From NCBI GenBank assembly GCA_951406725.2, contig OX597835.1, forward strand, positions 23,374,001-23,438,000: a stretch of 64,000 bases of DNA, written 5' to 3'. Positions 37,935 to 52,515 of the stretch are shown piece after piece. The notes under the pieces were generated by a model. That model saw nothing but the letters and a program-made list of their open reading frames with translations, did no database searches and was not told the DNA's origin. Source of the stretch: Octopus vulgaris (taxonomy: Eukaryota). A program made the translations under genes and the position numbers. The stretch's first letter is position 1; every line of letters begins with the position of its first letter.

Positions 37935-40831
37935 GGTAAAAACAATTCCAAGATTATTCCATTAATAACTTCCTTCACTAGTAATGAGATCTTACTGGAA
38001 GTGGGAAGGACAGGGACTTGTTGATTTAGAACATATAGTGGTGGTGGTGAGAACACTGTCGACCGTTTCTTAACAACAGCTACAAGAGATGACAAGGGGT
38101 GCGTCATATAACCTTTTTTTTTTTAGAAAGAGCAGTTAAATTTCCTCCGGTGTGTTGGAAAAGGAATGGGAACCAGCACTAGATATATAATGTCTGAACT
38201 AAAGACTGTCACAGTTAAAACGTCTTTGATCATAGGTTTCCACTGCTGGATCTGAAGTGATCTCAGGTTAGTCAGCAGCAGTAGTAGTAGTAGAGGTAGT
38301 AGTAGTAGTCGTAGTCGTTGTAATAAACTAAACAAAACAATTAGTTTGCTGCGATTGTACTTGCCAGATCTCAAAACAAGAATAGAGTTATAAGTGAGTG
38401 TGGTGAAGGTGGGAGAGAGAGAGAGAGAGAGAGAAGGAGAGAGAGGGAAGAGGGAGAGAGGGTGAGAATATTAAACAGCAGCAGCTGTATAGTAAAGCTA
38501 TTGGTTACTGTGCTGAAATGTGTTTGGTTTCCTCTCTCAAAACAATAACACCAACAACAACAATACGATAAACAACACAAAGACCAATAACAAACAAGCC
38601 TGTATATAGCTGTTCAACAGGCTAGAAATAGCAACCAAATCCCCCTGGATTCACACCCTATCATCTTAACCCTTTCTTTACTAAATTTCTAACCAAAATA
38701 CACCCCTTGTTTTCATTAACTTTTTTTTTTATATATTTGCCAACATCCCAACCACATGGTTTTGGGTTCAGTCCCACTGGATGACACCTTGGGCAAGTGT
38801 CTTCCACTATAGCTTTGGGCCAGCCAAAGCTTTGTGAGTAGATTTGATAGCTGGAAACTGAAAGAAGCCTGTCATATATCATCATCCTCATCGTTTAACA
38901 TCCATTTTCCATGCTAGCATGGTTGGACGGTTCGACCGGGGTCTGGAAAGCCAAAAGGCTGCACCAGGCTCCAGTCTGATCTGGCAGTGTTTCTACAGCT
39001 GGATGCCCTTCCTAACACCAACCACTCCGTGAGTGTAGTGGGTGCTTTTTATGTGCCACCGGCACAGGTGCCAGGCGAGACTGGCAATGGCCACGATTGG
39101 TTGGTGCTCTTTACGTGCCATTGGCACGGAAGCCAGTCAAGGCGGCGCTGGCATCGGCCACGTTCGGATGGTGCTTTTTACATGCCACCGGCACAGGTAT
39201 CACAACTGCAATTTCCATTGATTTTTTATGTTGATGTACTTGACTCAATAGGTCTCCTCAAGCACAGGGTCGAAACAGTGTTTCTTTACTTGCTACCTGC
39301 ACAGGAGTCAGTCCAGCGGCACTGGCAACGACCGGATGCCAGTCATCGAATTTGGTTCAATTTCGATTTCACTTGCCCCAACATATATATCTGTGTGTGT
39401 GTCTGTGTTTGTACCTCCATCACCACTCAACAACCGGCGTTGGTGTGTTTACGTCCCTGTAACTTAGTGGGTCAACAAAAGGGACCAACAAAATAAGTAC
39501 CAGGCTAAAAAAATAAGCACTGGTGTTGATTTATTTGACTACGAAATCAAGGTGGTGCCCCAGCATGGCCACAGTCTAATGACTGAAACAGGTAAAAGAT
39601 AAAAGTTATACGATTTTTTGGAGCACAATTTAACAAAAGGTTCTTAGATAAATCTATCACATAATTTCTACCAAAAGTAAATTTAATTACAGGTAAATTA
39701 CAGGTAAATTCAACAAAATGTAAAAGTTTTAACACAGGAACAGGTGTGGCAAGAAATTTGCTGGATTCAGTCTCATTGCATGACACCTTGGGCAAGTGTC
39801 TTCTACTAAGTGGATGCACTTGTCCTAACATCATGTAATAGTTGTAAATGAGTGTCACTGTCATACAAGCAGTGTCATTCATTCCTAATGTCTGGCCATG
39901 GGGAAGTAGGTAAGGGTTGGCAGCAGGAAAGGTATCCAGCTGTAGAAAATCTGTTTTAATAAACTTGTCCAACCCATGCAAAGGAATAGCTGTGTGGTAA
40001 GAAGCTTGCTTCCCAACCACATAATTCCAGGTTCAGTTCAACTGTGTGGCACCTTGGGCAAGTGTCTCCTACTATAACCTCGGGCCAAGCAAAGCCTCTT
40101 GAATGGATTTGGTAAATGGAAACTGGAAGAAGCCCATCATGTGTGTGTGTGTTTGCGCCCCCTACTATCACTGGACATCCAATGCTGATATGTTCATGAT
40201 CCCGTAACTTAGCAGTTCAGCATAAGAGACCGATAGAATAAGTGCTCGGCTTACAAAGAATAAGTCCTGGGGTCAATTTCTTCAACTAACACCCTTTAAG
40301 GCAGTGCTCCAGCATGGCCATAGTCAAATGACTGAAACAAGTAACAGAGTAAAAGGAGTTAAAATGACAATGACAATAGAAAAGGCACATTGTGAGTGTG
40401 CCCCCCCCCCCCACTTCCTGTGTTGTCCAATTAGATCACCTCTAATATAATAGTATGGACATGGAGAGAATGTTTCTGATCATAGGTCTACCCATCAAGT
40501 GAAGGTGCGTGGCTTAGTGGTTAGGGCATTCGGCTCACGATTGTAAGATCGTGAGTTCAATTCCTGGCGGCGTGTTGTGTCCTTGAGCAAGACACTTTAT
40601 TTCATGTTGCTCCAATCCGCTCAGCTGGCAAAAATGAGTTGTACTTATATTTCAAAGGGCCGGCCTTGTCACACTCTGTGTCACGCTGAATCTCCCTGAA
40701 AATTGCGTTAGGGGTACACGTGTCTGTGGATTGCTCAGTCACTTGCACATTAATTTCACGAGGTGATCGTATCAGCTGGGACCCTCGTCATCGTAATCGA
40801 CAGAGTGCTCCTTTAATAGAATAGTATGGAC

Positions 40832-41264
40832 TGGCCTCCGTGCCAGTGGAACATAAAAAGCACCATCCATTCATGGCTGTTGCCAGCCTCGCCTGGCCCC
40901 CGTGCCGGTGGCACGTAGCACCATCCGTTCGTGGCTGTTGCCAGCCTCGCCTGGCCCCCGTGCCGGTGGCACATAAAAAGCACCATCCGATCGTGGCCGT
41001 TGCCAGCCTCGCCTGGCCCCCGTGCCGGTGGCACGTAAAAAGCACCATCCGTCCGTGGCCGTTTGCCAGCTCCGTCTGGTACCTGTGCGGGTGGCACGTA
41101 AAAAGTACCCACTACACTCACGGAGTGGTTGGCATTAGGAAGGGCATCCAGCCGTAGAAACACTGCCAGATCAGACTGGGCCTGATGCAGCCTTCTGGCT
41201 TCACAGACCCCAGTTGAACCGTCCAACCCATGCTAGCATGGAAAGCGGACGCTAAATGATGATG
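40832..41264 (+). mobile_element. RTE-related non-autonomous retroposon with about 60-bp internal tandem repeats. Other copies near 11530-11800, 17700-17900, 22225-22465, 24570-24760, 38880-39370, 46575-46950, 56215-56480
   Basis: Shared TGGCATTAGGAAGGGCATCCAGC.GTAGAAA and CCAACCCATGCTAGCATGGAAA blocks; (GAT)n tail. Confidence 0.8.
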
Positions 41265-41439
41265 ATGGAGAGAAGGTTTCTGATCATAGGTCTACTCAAC
41301 CAGAGCTAGACTTAGGTTAAACAACAATGACAGTAATAATAACTACAGTATTACAAAAGCAGTAACAGCAGACGCAGTAGATGTGAAGTGTTGAGTGGAC
41401 AGTGTCCATGGACCCAGCAAGACAGTGAGGTGTCAGATG

Positions 41440-41890
41440 GTTAAGCTGAGAGAGAACGTAGAGGAAGGTGAACAGCTTTGGCCAGGAGAAGAGGGAGTAG
41501 TAGATAAAGAGAGAGGGGAAGGAAAGTAGCGGGGAGGAAAGGTAGCAGGAGAGAAATATAGGGAGTGGAAGTGAAGGGATAGTAGTGGGGGGAGAGAAAG
41601 GGTGGTAGAGGGGAAAGCGAAGGAAGGAAATATCAGAAAAGAGGAAGGAGTTAGAAGAGAAGGAGAGGTAGCAGGAGAGGGGGAGGGCTGTAGTGGAAGG
41701 AAGAGGTAGTAGAGGCAGAGATGGGTGAAGGCAGGTAAGGGAAACATTGGAAGAGGAAGATAGAATGAGACGTGAAGGGGAGAGACGGACAAAAAAATAA
41801 AGAGGAGTGATAGGAAGAGAGAAAGAGAGAAGATGTGAGAAAGAGAGCAGAAGAAGTGGTGTTAATAAAAGAGGGGGAATCAAGGCAGAA
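41440..41890. repeat. Degenerate polypurine low-complexity tract; similar at 44185-44410
   Basis: Almost entirely A/G on the + strand. Confidence 0.8.
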
Positions 41891-43269
41891 ATAGAATCTC
41901 TCCAAACTTTCTTTTAGACATAATGAGGTGAGGTAGGAGTAAGAGAGAGAAGCAGTGCTTAATGGTCAGTGTTGCCATAAATTTATGATCAGAGGCATTC
42001 CAGTCATGACCATCCAACCTTTTTTGCAAATCGAGAACCATTTATTTTAAGAGAGTAGGATGTAAATAAACTAACAGAATTTGCCTGCTATTTCTAACAG
42101 CTCATGTGATCATGCACAAGGCTTCTTGATGTTTTAGCCCATGGTCAACCCTAATCAAGCAGATCTATGATCAAGAACATTCTAATCATGACCACTCCTT
42201 TTACTTTCTCCCAGGCAGCGTATCTAAAACTACATTGTGTAATGTGCCCTTCCCTTTTGCAGGCAGGACAGTGTGATTTGAGAGGGACTTGGCTGCTATT
42301 TTTAGCTGGTCCAGTGACCATGAATAGGTAGGCTCCCTGTCTGCTGGTACCTGGAGCTGATGTTGGTGATGATCTTTTATAGTCCACCTTTTACTTGATT
42401 CAGGCAGTGGACTGTGGCCATGCTGGGGCACCACCTTGAAGGGTTTCAGTTGAACAATTCAACCCCTGGATTTTTTTTTTTAAGCCTGGTACTTTATTTT
42501 TTCAGTCCCTTTTGCCAAACTGCTAGGTTAGGCAGACATAAAGAAACCAAAATCAGCTATCGAGTGATGGTGGGGGACAAACACACACAAACATACATAC
42601 AGATACACACAGATACACACACAGACACAAACACAGATACATACGTACACTGATACATACAGACAGATACAGACACAGATAAACATACACACACACACGG
42701 TGAGCTTTTCTCAAATTGTCTATCAGATTCACTCACAAGGCTTTGGTCAGCCCGGGGCTATAGAAGAAGATAATTGGCAAAGATGATGTGCAGTGTGATT
42801 GAACTGAAGACCACATGATTGGGAAGCAAGCTCTTAACCACTCAACTACACCCAGTGAATGAAGTAAATGAGAGTGAAAGTAGTAGTGGGAGTTAGATGT
42901 AATGATTCTGAGCAAAACGATGATCCAAGACATTCCAATAATGACCACACTGTCTTTGTAGGACTCCATTATCTAATCTGTCCAGTCCTTAATATAAAAC
43001 AGTTTAGGATGCAATCTGAGGGAGATATGACTACTATTTTGTGCAGCTCAAGCAACTCCAAAAGTTTGTTAATGTAGGTAGTCGTAATTGTTTTAACACC
43101 AGGTCCTAGTTGAGCAGACCTATGATCAAAGGCATTCCAGCCATAGCCATTCTGTTATTTTCCTTTGAGCAGGGAACCCAAAATCACATTATTAAACCTG
43201 TCCTTCTTTTAAGATAGATTTCAGAAAGAATAAGCTGTTATTTCTAGTAGGTCAAGTGACCATATAGAA

Positions 43270-43609
43270 CAGGGGTTCTTAACCATTTTTTTACCTTTGA
43301 TTACTATTTTATTCTAGTGGACCCCCGTAGCCATTCAACGTTTAAAGACTAGTTTTATAGAAACTTCTTTCAAAATCCCTATTTTGTTTTCCACACATTA
43401 ACTTGTGTAGGTTGAATCATGTCAAATGTTAGAGAAATAAACCCAGCTGTTTCTTCTAATACATAACCAATATATACATCTGAAGCAAAATTTTTTCAGG
43501 GGCCTTTAAAATACTGTTATGGATCCCCAATTAACTATTTTCTTGTGTGGACCCCACCAAATATTATATTGACCCTTAAGGGCCATATGGACCCTGGTAA
43601 AGAACCCTG
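43270..43609. mobile_element. hAT (Charlie/Buster-like) MITE; a related, insertion-expanded copy may span about 44473-45577
   Basis: TIR CAGGGGTTCTTAACC / GGTAAAGAACCCTG; degenerate 8-bp TSD ATATAGAA/ATATACAG with central TA. Confidence 0.7.
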
Positions 43610-44539
43610 ATATACAGATCCCTAATTGGTTCATGATGATGGTGGTGGTGGTGGTGGTGGTAGTGTTTGTGTGGAAGCAGTGGTGATGTTGTGGCAGTAG
43701 TAGTGTGGTGGTAGTGGTGGTATTTGTCGTCGTCATTGACAGTGTTGGTGTAGTAGTTGTGGAGGTAGTGACTGTGATGATAGTAGTAGTGGTGGTGATG
43801 ACGACAATGGTGGTTTCAAGCCAAAACACTTCACAGAAAATAGCTCAGCAATTGAAAAACATTAGCAGAAACCAATTTAGTTCCTTGATATCATTTAGCC
43901 CCGGGTCTGGCCTGATTAAGCAGACCTATGTTCTTTTGTTCTTTAAAAGTCCACACTTGGCCACCACAGCTAAGACCATGCTGGCACTTAGATATTCCTG
44001 TCTTGACCATTCCATTTTTTTGTATATATACAACTTCATTATCCAATGTGTCTGTGTTTGGTCTTGTTTTAAGACAGTAGGGTGAGGCTTGAAGAAATTT
44101 GGCTGTTATTTCTAGCAGATTGAATAATTGCATAATGGCTTGTAATGGTGGTGGTGGTGGCTATTCTAAGTCAAGAGGTTGACTGAAGGTAGAGAAGTGG
44201 TTCGTTTTTAAGAGAAAGGAAAGAGGGAGAGAGATTGAAAAGGAGATAATGTAGGCAAGAAAGTGGAGGAGGGGTAGGAGGAGAGGGAGGAGGAGAAGTG
44301 AGAAAAGAGAGAGTGTGTGAGATGAAGGAAAAGAGTAGAAAATAAACTAAGAGAAGGGGAGAAAATGAGGTAAAAGAAAAGTTGAAGAGGGGAGACAGAG
44401 AGAGAGAGTTCTGTAATGTTATTTATTTATCTTTTATCCTTCTATTTCTAAATATAGATTATGCATGTACAGCAGTGGCTCTCAACCATTTTTTTGCCTA
44501 TGGACCCCTTTGATTCCTATTTACCAGACCCCCATAGGC

Positions 44540-44592
<53 letters not shown>

Positions 44593-44699
44593 AGAAGAAA
44601 ATGGAGGGAATCCAGGGATAGTATTCATCAGCTGTTAGACATTAGTTGGTTGGATTCACAGCCTCTAACTTTCTTTGAATTGAAATTATATACATACAT

Positions 44700-44771
<72 letters not shown>

Positions 44772-47756
44772 TGTCAGCGTGACTGTGAGTCACAGTGGTA
44801 CAAAATGGGCTTGTGAAGGGCCAATAGCCCTACCTAGAAAAAAAGTAAAGTTACAAAATCATTGACGACAATTCAAAATCCACAAGATAAAGTAGAGGAA
44901 GGCCTGCACTTAAGGGAACACAACCCAAACTCAAGAACAGTGGAGAATAGTCATCAATGGCCTAGGGTCCTTAGGGAACAAAGAGTGTAAGTAAATAAGT
45001 ACTACTGATGTGTAGTGTATTCTTTTATTTGTTTCAGTCATTTGACTGCGGTCATGCTGGAGCACCATCTTTCTTCGAACAAATCAACCCCCAGGATTTA
45101 TTCTTTGTAAGCCTAGTACTTATTCTATTGGTCTTTTTTTGTCAAACTGCTAAGTTACAGGGACATACACACACCAATATTGGTGTCAAGCAATGGTGGG
45201 GTGACAAACACAAATAAACAGATACACACACACACACACACACATGACGGGCTTCTTTCAGTTTCTTCCAAATCCACTTGCAAGGCTTTGGTCAACCCAA
45301 GGTTATAGTAGAAGGCAATCATTGGCCATGGTGCTTTGCAGTGGGACTGAACCCAGAAGGATATGGTTGGGAAGCAAGCTTCTTACCACACAGCCACTCC
45401 TGCGTCTGTATATATAAAATTTTACTGCATTTTTATAATCAAATACTATTTGGAATTGTATACTAGAAGTAAAACCAATTTATTGCACATAAAATTTTAA
45501 CAACAAAATCTTATATGCACCCCCAAAGGGGCTTATGGACACTCAAGGGCCATATAGACTCTAGGTGACCACCACTGGTCTACATGAATAGATAAGTATC
45601 ATCATTGTTATAATGTCCACTTTTCCATGCATCCATGGATGAGATGGTATTTGTTGAAGCAAATCTTCTACAGCTGGATGTTCTTCCTGTCAGCAACCTT
45701 CACCTGTTGCCAGGGCAGACATTTTTTCCTGCATAAAACTGGAAACAAACATCGTCACTTGTATGACAATGATGCTCGTTTACAACCATCATGTGATGTC
45801 AAGACAGAGGTGCACGCATACATGTATACAATAGCTTTCTTTCAGTTTCCATCAACTAAATCAACTCACAAGACTTTTGTTGGCCCAGGGTTATAGTAGA
45901 AGACACTTTCTACTAAAGGCACAAGGCTTGAAATTTTAGGGGCTAGTCAATTACCTCAACCCCAGTGTCTAATTGGTACTTAATTTATCGACCCTGAAAG
46001 GATGAATGGCAAAGTCAACCTCGGCAGTATTTGAACTCAACGGACAAAATAGCACTAAGCATTCTGCCCAGCATGCTAACAATTCTGCCAGCTCACCACC
46101 TTAATAATGATGATGGTGATGATGATGATCCTTTCTATTATAATCACAAGGGCTGAAATTTTGGGGAAGGGGATCAGTCAATTACATCAACCCCAGTGCA
46201 TAACTGGTACTTATTTCATCAACCCCAAAAGGATGAAAGGCAAAGTCGACCTCAGCAGAATTTGAACTCAGAACATAAAGACAGACAAAATAGCACTAAG
46301 CATTCTGCCTGGCACGCTAACGATTCAGCCGGCTCACTGCCTTTAATAATAATAATCCTTTCTACTATGGGCACAAGGCCTGAAATTTTTTCAAGGAGGA
46401 GATAGTCAATTACATGGACCCCAGTGTTTGACTGGTACTCTTTTCATTGACTCTGAAAAGATGAAAGGCAAAGTCAATCTTGGCAGAATTTTAACTCAGA
46501 ACATAAAGTTAGACGATATGCCACTAAGCATTTTGCCCAGCATGCTAATGATTCTGCCAACTCGCCACCTTAAATCATCATTGTCGTCTAACATTCGCTT
46601 TCCATGCTGGCATGGGTTGGACGTTTTGACTGAGGGCTGGCAAGCCAGAAGGTTGCACCAGGCTCCAATCCAATCTGGCAATGTTTCTACAGCTGGATGT
46701 CCTTCCTAACACCAACCACTCAGAGTGTAGTGGATGCTTTTTACATGCCACCAGCACAAGGGCCAGTCAGGCGACACTGGCAACAACCACATTTGAATGG
46801 TTCTTTTTAATTGCCACCAGCATGGAACCAATCAACCGACACTGGCATTGACCACGCTTGAATGGTACTTTTTACATGTCATTGACACAGGAACCAGTCA
46901 GGTGGCACTGACAACGTTCACACTCAAATGGTGCTCTTTATGTGCCACCAGGACAATAATAATGATGATGATAATAATAATAATCCTTCTATTACAGGCA
47001 CAAAGCTAGAAATTTTTATGGGGAGGGAGCTAATTGACCACATCAACCTCAGTGATCAACTGGTGTTTATTTTATTGACCCCAAAAGGATGAAAGACAAA
47101 ATCAATGTCAGTGACATTTGAACTCAGAGCATAAAGACAAAATGCTTAGCAGCATTAAGCATTTTTGTCCAGCACAGTAACAATTCTGCCAGTACAATGG
47201 TTAATACTTAAAGTGTTGAGATGGCAGAGACAAGAACAAGTGTAGTATTTTTTTTTTTTTCCTTTTTTCTTGTTTGTTTTATTAATTCTAAATAACCCAG
47301 GATAGATTTCAAGTGATGGCTTAGATGAAGTGGATAAGAACAGATTTCATTGTTTTAAACCAAGCAATACAGAATAGATTTCATTGGCATGTGTTTAGAT
47401 GAAAGCGATAAGAATGTATTTCATTGACGTGTTGTAGGAAGTAAGATATTTTAGTGGGTTTTACTCACAGGATTGAGGACAGGAAATCGTACAGTGGAAT
47501 CCATCATATGAAGAGTAGTAGTTGAAACAATATTCAGATCAGATGACAGAATTCAATAAGGTCATTGTATTTATATCACAGCTTTAAAATAGAAAAAGAA
47601 AGAAAAGAAAAAAAAAATAAGATTACAAATTCATTGAAAAAAAAAGAAAAAAACAGCATCAAATACTATTCAACTTTTGAATGAACAAAAATATTCCAAA
47701 CCAAATTTAAGAGCATAAACAACTACAAAACAATAATAATAATAATAATAACGATG

Positions 47757-48120
47757 ATGATTTCATTTATTTGCCACAAGGGTAAAGGATAAGAGGGACA
47801 ATACAGAGACAGACATAAAGTGTGGGGGTTTACATTTAATAATAAAAACCTAGGGTTAGGGGTTAGAGTTAGGGTTAAAAAAATAAAGTACACATGGTAT
47901 ACACTGGAAAAGAAGGGACATATGCATAGCATACAAAGGTAACAAAAAAGTGGGGGGGATGATAGATATGTGGCCCTCCTGATAGAGGAAGGCCTCTAGG
48001 GATGATCGAGGAACCCCACTGTCTGAAATTTCCCTGAAACCCTAGGAGAAAGTGCCCTCTCCAATTTCTTCTCTGACTCACAGGTCTACACTTAGAGAGC
48101 GGAACCATCCACTCCTGCCA
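47757..48120 (-). mobile_element. Probable LINE 3' end whose tail matches the family B SINE tail; contains a short TTAGGG tract
   Basis: Terminal about 60 nt align with the SINE B tail (TGTCTGTC...TGTCCC...CCCTTGTGG..AATAAA.GAAAT). Confidence 0.55.
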
Positions 48121-49279
48121 TTTTCACAACAACGGTTTCAAAGTTTAGCACAGGGCCAGCTGTTTTTGAGTGGATGCGGAAGTTGATTACATCAGCCCCA
48201 GTACTCAACCGGAACTTACTAACCCTAAAAGGATTTAAAAAGCAAACTCAACTTCAGCAGAATTTGAACTCAGAACATAAAGATAGATAAAATGCTTAGC
48301 ATCGACCCCAGTGTTTCACTGGTACTTAGTTTATCGACCTCGAAAGGATGAAAGGCAAAGTCGACCTCAGCAGAATTTGAACACAACATAACAGCAGAAG
48401 AAATACTTATTTCTTTACTACCCACAAGGGGCTAAACACAGAGAGGACAAACAAGGACAGACAGACGGATTAAGTCGATTATATCAACCCAAGTGCATAA
48501 CTGGTACTTAATTTATCGACCCCGAAAGGCTGAAAGGCAAAGTCAACCTCGGCGGAATTTGAACTCAGAACGTAGCAGCAGACGAAATACTGCTAAGCAT
48601 TTCGCCCGGCGTGCTAACGTTTCTGCCAGCTCACTACCTTGGTAATAATAATAATAGTAATAATAATAATGGTTTCAGATTTAGGTACAAGGCTATCAAT
48701 TTGTGAAGGGAGGCAGCTAGTTGACCCCCAGCACTTAGACTGATACTTTATTTTATTGACCCAGAAAAGACGAACAGCAAAGTTGACCTTGGTGGGATTT
48801 GAACACTGAACATAATGAACTGGAAAATAATGATAATGATTTCAAATTTTGGCATGAAACAAGCAATTTCAGGGGTGGGGGTAAGTCAATTACATTGACC
48901 ACAGTATTCAACTGGTATTCATTTTATCAACCCCCAAAGGGATTTAAAGTAAAATTGACTTTGGCAGAATTTGAACTCAAAACATAAAGATGGATGAAAA
49001 CCTCCTGAGCATTTTGCCCAGCATGTTAACAATTTTGCCAACTCGCTGCCTTAGATAATAATAATAATAATAATGATTAATGAACATGATGGATGTGTGT
49101 CAACAAGTTTGTTCCAAGGAAAGATTAAATCTGAAATCATTGCCAAGCAGGATTTAAGAAACAGAAAAAAAAAAAAATGTAAGAAAATTATGTTTTAATG
49201 TAAGTTATTTTTAGAAAATTAAACAATTTTTCTCACATATGGAGTATATAAAGCATAACTGAATGAAATGCAAACAGGA

Positions 49280-49905
49280 TACATTAGCCTAGAAGGGATT
49301 ACAATCTCTGAATCAAAATCAGTGTATGACCTCAGCAATGACATGAGCAATGATGTATCTTTGCAGGTGCATATTACCAAGTTGGCAACAAAGTGCAGAC
49401 AGCTGGCCAGATGAATCCTTACAACTTTCAGAATGAAAAAACAGGAAACCATAATGGTCCTCGAGAGAACATTTATCCTCAGCTGTTTAGACTACTGCTC
49501 CCAACTACAGTCATTGCAGAGTGTAAAATTAACGACAGATCTTGAAGCAATTCAGCAAAGTTACACAAAGAAGATCGTCTCAATATGACATGGCAGCTAC
49601 TGGGTGAGACTGAAAAAGCTAAGATGCTACTCCCTAGAATAAAGTTGGAAAAGATATGTAGTGATACACATTTGGGAAATTCTAGAACTTGTACCAAATT
49701 TTCACATTGAAAGTTACACACAAAGCAGAATGGGACACCACTGCAGAGTGCCAAAACTCTCAACATTGACATCAGGATACGGGACCAGATACTGCAAAAG
49801 CTTGGATTTCAAGGGTCCACAGCTCTTCAATACCCTCCCAAAAAGCCTGAGAGACCTACATGGGTTGGGTGAAGGTGTCTTCAAAGCAGAACTGGATCTC
49901 CTGCA
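49280..49905 (+). mobile_element. Old degenerate CR1/L2-like LINE RT C-terminal fragment
   Basis: Remnants LDYCS, IHIWEILE and FKGPQLFNTLPKSLRD across frames. Confidence 0.7.
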
Positions 49906-50635
49906 GTGATGAAATAAAATAAAAAGTAGTAGTGCAGTCAATTTGTTAGACTAAACTTGTCAAGGAGATGCCCCAGCATGGCCACAGGCCAGTAACTGAA
50001 ACAAATGGAAAAAGAAAAAGATAAAAGGTAAATGTGGCTATGTGGTAAGAAGTTTGCTTCCCAACCACATGGTTCCAGGTTCAGTCCCACTACATGGCAC
50101 CTTGGGCAAATGACTTCTACTACAGTCCCGAACTGACCAAAGCTTTATGAGTGGATTTGGTGGACAGAAACCAAAAGGAACCTTTTGTGTGTGTGTGTGT
50201 GCATGTGTATGTGTGAATCATTGTATCTATGCTTGTCCTCCATTTTCACTTGACAACCAGTGTTGGTGTGTTTACATCCCAATAACCTAGCAGTTCAGCA
50301 GAAGAGACCGACAGATTAAGTACCAGGTTTCGAAAGAAAATAAGTAGTGGAGGAGGGGTCAATTAGTACAACTAAAATTCCTCAAGCTGGTGCCCCAGCT
50401 TGGCCGCAGTCTAATGACTGAACCAAGTAAAAGATATAAGATATAAGAGAGCATGTGTGCACAGTCACATACACACATTCATACAAACACACTCCCACAC
50501 AAACATATTTGTCTGAATTGGTATGCCCATATATACACACACACAGACACTTACTCCCACATATAGACACATTCTACATTCATATAATGTTGATGAATAA
50601 ATTCTTTGAGAATACACTTTGCGATATCAGCATGA

Positions 50636-51010
50636 ATAGGAGGAGGGGGGAGAAGGAGGAGGAGAAGAAGAAGAAAGAGAATAAGAAAAAAGGAGAAGAA
50701 GAAGAAGAAGAAGAAGAAGAAGAAGAAGAAGAAGAAGAAGAAGAAGAAGAAGAAGAAGAAAAGAAAAAAAAGGAGAAAAAGAAGGAGAAAAGGAGAAGGA
50801 AAAGAAGGAGGAAAAGAAGGAGAAAAGGAGAAGGAAAAGAAGGAGGAAAAGAAGGAGAAAAGGAGAAGGAAAAGCAGAAGGAGGAGAAGGAAAAGAAGGA
50901 GGAAAAGCAGAAGGAGGAGAAGAAGAAGAAGAAGAAGAAGAAAAAGAAGGAGAAGAAAAAGAAGAAGAAGGAGAAGAAGAAGAAGAAGAACAACAACAAC
51001 AACAAAAACA
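50636..51010. repeat. GAA/GGA polypurine simple repeat
   Basis: (GAA)n and variants, ending in (CAA)n. Confidence 0.95.
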
Positions 51011-51290
51011 AGTTTCCAAACTCAGAAACAATTCTTCGCTGTTCAAGACCGAAATAAAAGTGAACCAATAGATGTTCTTGATGTGTCTGTTGCCTAAGGA
51101 AGAAGAGGTGTGTGAATTGTGACAGTTGTAGACCAATGCAGCACTTCACCTTTCTGATGACGTCTTTTGGTGCTTCATCTACACACACACACATATATAT
51201 ATACTCTAAAATGTATACATTCAAACACACTAATATACATACATATACATATCCTCTTCAGTATACATACATAGATAAAGAAGGTGTGTA

Positions 51291-51384
<94 letters not shown>

Positions 51385-51564
51385 GGAACTCTCTTGAAAC
51401 TGCTTGCAAAAGTGCACATATATTCTCCTCTTCAAAATGTATACACTTATACACAAGTACAGACTTACAAACACACACATAGGACATTCACAAACACACG
51501 TATCTATACACACACACACACACACACACATACATACATACAAAAATACATACACATATATATG

Positions 51565-51595
<31 letters not shown>

Positions 51596-52117
51596 ATGTA
51601 TTTATGTATATATTTATATATATATATATATATATATACATCGATCATCATTATTTAACATCCGTTTTCGATGCTGAATATTTTCTGAAAACTACTTGGA
51701 AAACACACATACATACATACATACATACAAAAATATATGTATAGCTATAAATATACACACACGAACCCACAGACATACATATATGTATACATACACAATC
51801 AAACTCCGTACACATATACACATATCGCAACTTTTCTGAATCAAAATAAACACTGTACTCTACTTTTCAGTATTGAGTGCTTCTTCAGAATTTATCTTCA
51901 TATTTATACCTAACATGCATACACACACATACATGTGTATATAGAAGCAAAACATGAATACCTAGATTGTATATACACTTGCACCGCATGGCTGCTTTTT
52001 TGTGGTACTGATATGAGTGTATTTTGCGTGGCACCGCTACGAGTGCATTTTACGTGGCACCGGTATGAGTGATTTTTACATGGCACCAGCACAAAACTCT
52101 TGCAGGTCAATCCTCAG

Positions 52118-52126
52118 TACACACAC

Positions 52127-52167
<41 letters not shown>

Positions 52168-52480
52168 CACACACACACATACACACACGTATATATACAC
52201 ACACACACACACATATATATATATACACACACACATATATACATATACACACACACATATATACACACATATATACACACACACATATACACACACACAC
52301 ATATACACACACACATATACACACACACACATATACACACACACACATATACACACACACATATATATACACACACACACATATATACACACACACACAT
52401 ATACACACACACACGCATATACACACACATATATACACACACACATATACACACACACACACATACACACACATATATAT

Positions 52481-52515
<35 letters not shown>
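52118..52515. repeat. (CA)n/(TA)n compound microsatellite; similar tracts at 7300-7640, 44540-44770 and 51180-51800
   Basis: Direct inspection. Confidence 0.95.

Noticed and set aside
38987-41226. Recurrent ORFs containing LQLDALPNANHSVSVVGAFYVPP
   Set aside because: Antisense translations of a high-copy non-coding retroposon
41317-41905. 188-aa hydrophobic ORF suggesting a membrane protein
   Set aside because: Product of a polypyrimidine low-complexity strand
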